64,000 nucleotides of DNA from Bdellovibrionota bacterium (GTDB taxonomy: Bacteria; Bdellovibrionota_C; UBA2361; OMII01), in assembly GCA_044345405.1 (NCBI GenBank), contig JBIJBE010000012.1, positions 20,918-84,917 on the forward strand, read 5' to 3'. The notes below the pieces were generated by a model. It made no database searches and had not been told where the DNA came from. It worked only from the letters and a program-made list of their open reading frames with translations. Positions 59,314 through 64,000 of the stretch are shown one piece after another. Numbering within the stretch: position 1 is the first letter of the stretch; each line of letters starts with the position of its first letter. A program made the position numbers and the translations under genes.

Positions 59314-61284
59314 ATGGTATCCAGAAGCTCCCCTCATAGAGCTACCGAAACCGGAGTGCCTCCAGGAACGCCGCAGGATATCGCGCCTTCCGCGGCTCCC
59401 GCCGCCAGCTCGAGCGGGCCCGACCTCTCGACGCTTCCGCTCGCCCCACACGCCCCGCTCGATAAACAGCTCACCCTTCCCCCGAAACCTAAAAAGCCGA
59501 AAAAGCCCAACATCATCGAGGAGATCAACAAAACCCTCCCCGCGGGTTTTGAGCTTCACCGCTCCTCCCGATTTCAGCTTGGAAGCAAGCTCGAGATCGT
59601 GATGCTTAAGATTCAGGTACCTCCACACCTAGAGCCGAAATTGAAGGAGTGGCGGCAAGGGCTTGAGGATAAGTTCCCCCTCACTTCAATCTTCATCAGG
59701 CGGGTCACCGTAGACCAAAATCTATCCAATCATCTTCGCAGCCAATTCCGAGATCAGGAGGTCATTACTGACGACGCGCGTCCTCGTCTAGCCCACATGA
59801 TCGATCACCTGTGTGGAAAGCCCCCACCTCCGGCTGTGAAAACTCGGGGGATCATTCCGTTCCGAGAGAACTTCCAGAACATCCCCTTCATCGCGATCGA
59901 CAGACCTGAGGTCCTCAATCGGGAAGACCTTATCTATGGTGAGCGTAAGCAGGACGGCACCCTTGTCCTGAAGGTCGCGATTATCGATATCACCGATTAC
60001 ATCCTGCCGGGGAGTGAGCAGGATAAATACGCGCTCCGTGTCGGGAATGACTACTACGGCAGAAACCGCTCCGTCTCAACGATCGGCACAGAGCTCTCGC
60101 AGGACAAAGGAAGCTTCAAGCTTGGTGAGATCCGTCCGGCGTGGGTCGCTGAGATGCGAATATCACCAAAAGACGGCGTCATCAACAAATCCTTCAGGAT
60201 CCGCCGCGCGTGGGTGCGAAACCACGCGAACGTGAACCCCGAAGAGGCGTTCGACGTCAAAGCCCAACCTGAGATCGCGCACATCATCTCGGCGCTCGCC
60301 GACATCACCCGTCATCTTGAGCAGCAACGCATAGCGAAATCGAAGATGATCGCGATCGACGCGGAAGGTACCACCAACCGAATCGTCGCTGAAACGATGA
60401 TCGCTGCGAACGAGCAGATCTCTGAATACATCGAGAATAAACTTAAGATCCCCGCGGGCTATATCGTTCACCAGGAGCAAAGCGTTGAAGATCACGAATC
60501 GTGGATAACAGCTCTCCACGAACTCGGAATACCCGCGACCATGGAGGATTTCACCGATCCGTGGAGCACACTCGGCATCTTACGAAGCCTCGAGGACCAC
60601 AACTCTCCCCTCGCCCGTTCCCTTGAGAACAATATCCTGGATGTGACGATGGTGAGGTCTGTGGTCTCTTCCCGAAAAACTCAACACAAGGGACTCAGAC
60701 TGAACGGCTACACACGACTCAAGCCACGTGAGGCGCTCGGAATATTGAACCAACTCGCTTTAGACGCTGCTTTTGTTGGACTTCCACTCGTGAGCGGCGA
60801 GGAGACAGATCGGCGCCTTCGCACCATTAACGACAATCGGTGGAAGCGGGACGAGAAACACTACAAGCTTCGCTTCCTGGAGATGCTGGAGGAGAAGCTC
60901 TCCCTCGTTGGACACCTCTTCCTGGCCGAGGTCTCTCAGATCGATCAGAAGGTCGTATTCTACAAAGATGGAGAGCCGATCTCGCTAGCTCCGGGCGTAC
61001 ACGAGATGCCGAGTGCTGATGTGTCGGCTGAGTGGGAACGCTATCTCAAGCGATCGGTCACCTTTGCGGAGCTTCCGTATCCGTTGCCGCCACCACTCCT
61101 CGATGGCGTTACGGCGAAACTCGAGAACGGAACCATCAACGTGCAGGTGGAAGGGTTCTCGAAATGGGGAATTATGAAAGACACCAAGGGGCTTGAACTC
61201 AAACCGGGAGATCCCGTGGCGGTTATCCTAAAAGGCTTTAATCTCAAAGCGGCGCGATTTGAGTTCGAGGTCACGACGCTGTAA
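59314..61284 (+). CDS. Divergent RNB-domain (RNase II/R family) protein
   Basis: FIAID...EDLIY, L.VAI.DIT.YI.PGS..D..A, ETMIAAN, H.GL.L..YT and an S1-like C-terminus. Confidence 0.78.
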   Translation: MVSRSSPHRATETGVPPGTPQDIAPSAAPAASSSGPDLSTLPLAPHAPLDKQLTLPPKPKKPKKPNIIEEINKTLPAGFELHRSSRFQLGSKLEIVMLKIQVPPHLEPKLKEWRQGLEDKFPLTSIFIRRVTVDQNLSNHLRSQFRDQEVITDDARPRLAHMIDHLCGKPPPPAVKTRGIIPFRENFQNIPFIAIDRPEVLNREDLIYGERKQDGTLVLKVAIIDITDYILPGSEQDKYALRVGNDYYGRNRSVSTIGTELSQDKGSFKLGEIRPAWVAEMRISPKDGVINKSFRIRRAWVRNHANVNPEEAFDVKAQPEIAHIISALADITRHLEQQRIAKSKMIAIDAEGTTNRIVAETMIAANEQISEYIENKLKIPAGYIVHQEQSVEDHESWITALHELGIPATMEDFTDPWSTLGILRSLEDHNSPLARSLENNILDVTMVRSVVSSRKTQHKGLRLNGYTRLKPREALGILNQLALDAAFVGLPLVSGEETDRRLRTINDNRWKRDEKHYKLRFLEMLEEKLSLVGHLFLAEVSQIDQKVVFYKDGEPISLAPGVHEMPSADVSAEWERYLKRSVTFAELPYPLPPPLLDGVTAKLENGTINVQVEGFSKWGIMKDTKGLELKPGDPVAVILKGFNLKAARFEFEVTTL

Positions 61285-61486
61285 CGCGGGAATTTCCTCA
61301 CCGATCCCGCACACCTTTGAAACACGCGGAAGAGAGGGTTTGATCCGCAAGGGGAGTCGTAGCGACAAAAAATCTGAAAGTCCTGACTGACAGGACTGAT
61401 ACTACGCCTTAGTCATGAATTTGCTTAGCCGATTTCAAGCGCATATACTCGCCTCACAAAGGCCGACTGTGTAGGACAACCTCTCT

Positions 61487-61810
61487 ATGACTCACTTACC
61501 CCTTCCATTCCTTGAACGTCTTCGAGCCGAGGGAAAGGCACCAAAAGGGGGCGTTGCCGGTGATTTCTCTGAGATTAAACATTCTCTTGAGTTGAGTCCC
61601 CACGAGAGGCTAGACGCGCTCCTCAATCTTCAATGGGATCATCCCTTGGATTCCGCTGTTATGACTTCTATCCGAGAGATTGCGGGAGAACATTCGCGAG
61701 CGACTATCCTGACCGCCGCCGAGTGTGTCCGAGAGAGGAACAACGGCTCTCAGCCACGAGAGATAGCAGTCAACGCCTACTCGGCTCTCGTCGCCAACCT
61801 TAAAAGATAA
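61487..61810 (+). CDS. Hypothetical protein (107 aa)
   Basis: ATG ORF with AGGA upstream, in an otherwise empty gap. Confidence 0.5.
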   Translation: MTHLPLPFLERLRAEGKAPKGGVAGDFSEIKHSLELSPHERLDALLNLQWDHPLDSAVMTSIREIAGEHSRATILTAAECVRERNNGSQPREIAVNAYSALVANLKR

Positions 61811-61891
61811 CGAACGCACTTTTAAATGACATTGTGGTCGAAAGCCCTTTCTGAATTGGAAAAGTTTGGAAGTCGTGGTTGACACGACTTC

Positions 61892-63697
61892 CTATTTGTA
61901 GAACGCCGCCCAGAGCCAATGCGCGTGGTCACAATTGATTCCATTACCTCCGTCGTGAACAAGAAGTGAGACGGAGGTCGCACCTCCAAGTTTAACATCG
62001 ACTACCTCTGGCTCAGCGCGAGGTCCCATGACGGAACTCTTGAAGAGTGTCTCTCCTCGATCGTTTTGAACCTCAAACTGCACGGCGGCTTTATCGCAAC
62101 CCCGAACATCCGGAGAGAGGGCCACAAGGCTTCGAAAGCCCTCCATGGCGTTTGGAACGGCGAACGTGATCGAGGCTCGCGAATGCATCCCGAGACCCTT
62201 AGGAACCGTTATACCGTTGACCATGAGTGGTCCCTCCATCGCCGACCTATCTCGCTGGGCAGCTTTAAAGGTAAATGCCTGGGCCGTTGGGACCAGATCA
62301 CTGAGGTATACAACCGGCTTGGAGTCATCAAAGGTTACAAGGTACGGATGGAACAACCGAGCTAATTTATCCTTATAAACTTTGGGCGCATCCCCATTGT
62401 ATGTCATGTTCCACTCAAGCGTACTTCCCATCGTCGTCACCGCGGAGGCGACGGCCAGCAGCGAGAGGAGAGCGAATCGCTTAGCGGAAAATGAGCCGCT
62501 CGCGATCGCGATCAGCGTGAGAAGGGAGAGGAGTGGCACGATATCTCCAGCGTACCTCTGTGTCACAAAGAGATAGGACATGACCAGCAGAGCTTCAGCG
62601 AGAAGACATACCGAATAGAGCGCGAGAATGGGCGGAACACGGCGGGCGAGGATCTGAACAAACCCACAAACGGCCAGAATAACCAGCCACACGGACCCAA
62701 TTGAGAGAGAGAGAGTTTGCTCCCGCCATCCTTGCATGAAGAGATCCGGGCGGTAGGATTCCGTCGTCGCGAGCCGAACGAATGGTAGGGAGGGAGAGAA
62801 GAAGTCCGGAACGATTCCAAAATAATTGCGGAGTGATGACGGAATTCGAAGGAGGTTAAACTCTCCGCCTATCTTGCTGGGATCAAGATAAAAGTAGCGG
62901 TAATCAAGAAACACGAAGGGAGCCTCGAACCGCTGATAATTATACCAAAGCTGAATGGCCCAGGCAGCCACCACTGGAGTGAACAGGAGCGCTCGCATGG
63001 TGATTAGCCGAAGACCACTTCGGCGTAATCGAAATCCCCGAAAAAAGAGCACCACAGAGATGAGACACATCGGAAGGGAGAAGGTAACACGAGAGAGCAA
63101 CGCTACTGAGAAGGCTATTGAGAAGATCATGAGAGCCCGCTTCTCCTCGTCCGGGCGATACGCCAGGAGCGTGATAGCGGCGAGCCCCCACAACCCACCG
63201 CTCACCCCCCAGAGGATCGCTTCGTGATATATGCGCCCGCACGAAACCAAGTAGAGAATAGGGGTCCCGAGACCGAAAGCGACGATCAGAAGGCACTCGG
63301 CTAAGGTTCGTTGTCGTTCCGACAGAAGTGGATTAGCTTTCAAGGCGATGCGCGACGCGAAGCCGAACGCGAACGTGCTGAGCGTCGCGGCCAGGAGACA
63401 CGAGATCCGCGCCCATTGGCCGTAATGTCCCGGCCACACGGCGTTAAAGACAACACGCAGAAACGCCGGCAAGGGACCGAAATACGGGTATACCTTCCCC
63501 TCTCTCTGCAACCCCTCCCATTTTATCGTGGCTGGATTAATGTCCGCTCTCCCCTGGAGTAAGCGCTCTCCGAGGGAATCAAAACTGGAGCTCAACCATT
63601 CCGAGCCCAACAGCTCCCAGGTTCCGTACGTGACGAACCAGGCGTGCACCATGGCGACACAAAGATACGCGGCTGTGATGATGAAAGCTCGCTTCAC
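61892..63697 (-). CDS. Polytopic membrane protein (GT-C-like) with a C-terminal NPCBM/NEW2 carbohydrate-binding domain
   Basis: About 11 TMs, YPYFGP.P and QRY; C-terminus YLSDL...KGLGMH...DGGNGINCDHAHW. Confidence 0.8.
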   Translation of the reverse strand: MKRAFIITAAYLCVAMVHAWFVTYGTWELLGSEWLSSSFDSLGERLLQGRADINPATIKWEGLQREGKVYPYFGPLPAFLRVVFNAVWPGHYGQWARISCLLAATLSTFAFGFASRIALKANPLLSERQRTLAECLLIVAFGLGTPILYLVSCGRIYHEAILWGVSGGLWGLAAITLLAYRPDEEKRALMIFSIAFSVALLSRVTFSLPMCLISVVLFFRGFRLRRSGLRLITMRALLFTPVVAAWAIQLWYNYQRFEAPFVFLDYRYFYLDPSKIGGEFNLLRIPSSLRNYFGIVPDFFSPSLPFVRLATTESYRPDLFMQGWREQTLSLSIGSVWLVILAVCGFVQILARRVPPILALYSVCLLAEALLVMSYLFVTQRYAGDIVPLLSLLTLIAIASGSFSAKRFALLSLLAVASAVTTMGSTLEWNMTYNGDAPKVYKDKLARLFHPYLVTFDDSKPVVYLSDLVPTAQAFTFKAAQRDRSAMEGPLMVNGITVPKGLGMHSRASITFAVPNAMEGFRSLVALSPDVRGCDKAAVQFEVQNDRGETLFKSSVMGPRAEPEVVDVKLGGATSVSLLVHDGGNGINCDHAHWLWAAFYK

Positions 63698-63809
63698 TAC
63701 TCGATCTTCGGAAAGATTAGCCCCGCGGCACAGGGCATGAAATCAAAAAACAACGGCTCTCTAACGCTCGCATGGGTACGGGTAGGACCGCCAGCCCGAA
63801 CCTGCAGCA

Positions 63810-63846
63810 GACACCAACCTGACATCTGGAACCTGACATCTGGAAC
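63810..63846. repeat. Short 14-bp (2 x 7) tandem repeat
   Basis: AACCTGACATCTGG x2 plus partial copies. Confidence 0.6.
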
Positions 63847-64000
63847 ACCCTACTTTTCTCCACAACTTTTGGCGTTCTTTTCCGAAAAGTGGCTATGCCA
63901 CGAAACAATCGCGCCTTCTCAGACAATACTATCTACGAGATCATCCCTCGGACTCGGGACAGGCTGCCCATGCCTCCAACCCAGACCTCAAATGAGCTTA

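Overview
Bacterial chromosomal window of moderately high GC. Its Lon/ClpX/Tad repertoire suggests a deltaproteobacteria-like lineage (Bdellovibrionota/Myxococcota-related; this is inference only). Left to right: (1) 1-9.9 kb, three minus-strand exported proteins: a giant Thr/Pro-repeat protein running off the window and missed by the ORF track, an FGE-sulfatase/LamG fusion, and a Cys-rich Thr/Pro-stalk protein. (2) 10.1-13.0 kb, a repeat-dense patch downstream of tRNA-Val containing a REP-associated tyrosine transposase (RAYT). The RAYT lies between a GTAG-REP array and a 3 x 120-bp structured array, and two MITE/REPIN-like elements bracket an orphan antitoxin-like ORF. (3) tig-clpP-clpX-lon, tRNA-Leu, a second 120-bp duplication and a 21-unit hexamer microsatellite. 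(4) 21.5-36.1 kb, the most notable locus: a co-oriented cluster PP2C - FHA - Ser/Thr kinase - cpaE - flp - cpaB - tadA - tadB - tadC. It continues 13 bp later into a lone injectisome-type export gate (SctV/FlhA family) and a membrane pseudokinase-HEAT protein, i.e. a candidate physically linked Tad pilus/T3SS hybrid. (5) Housekeeping and envelope genes: PduO, RsbU-like phosphatase, HMG-CoA lyase, MFS, DUF151, miaB, a glycosyltransferase/WcaJ cluster, GNAT, a degenerate PAS-receiver protein, an RNB pseudo-nuclease candidate and an NPCBM membrane protein. All calls come from motif recognition by eye; no searches were run.
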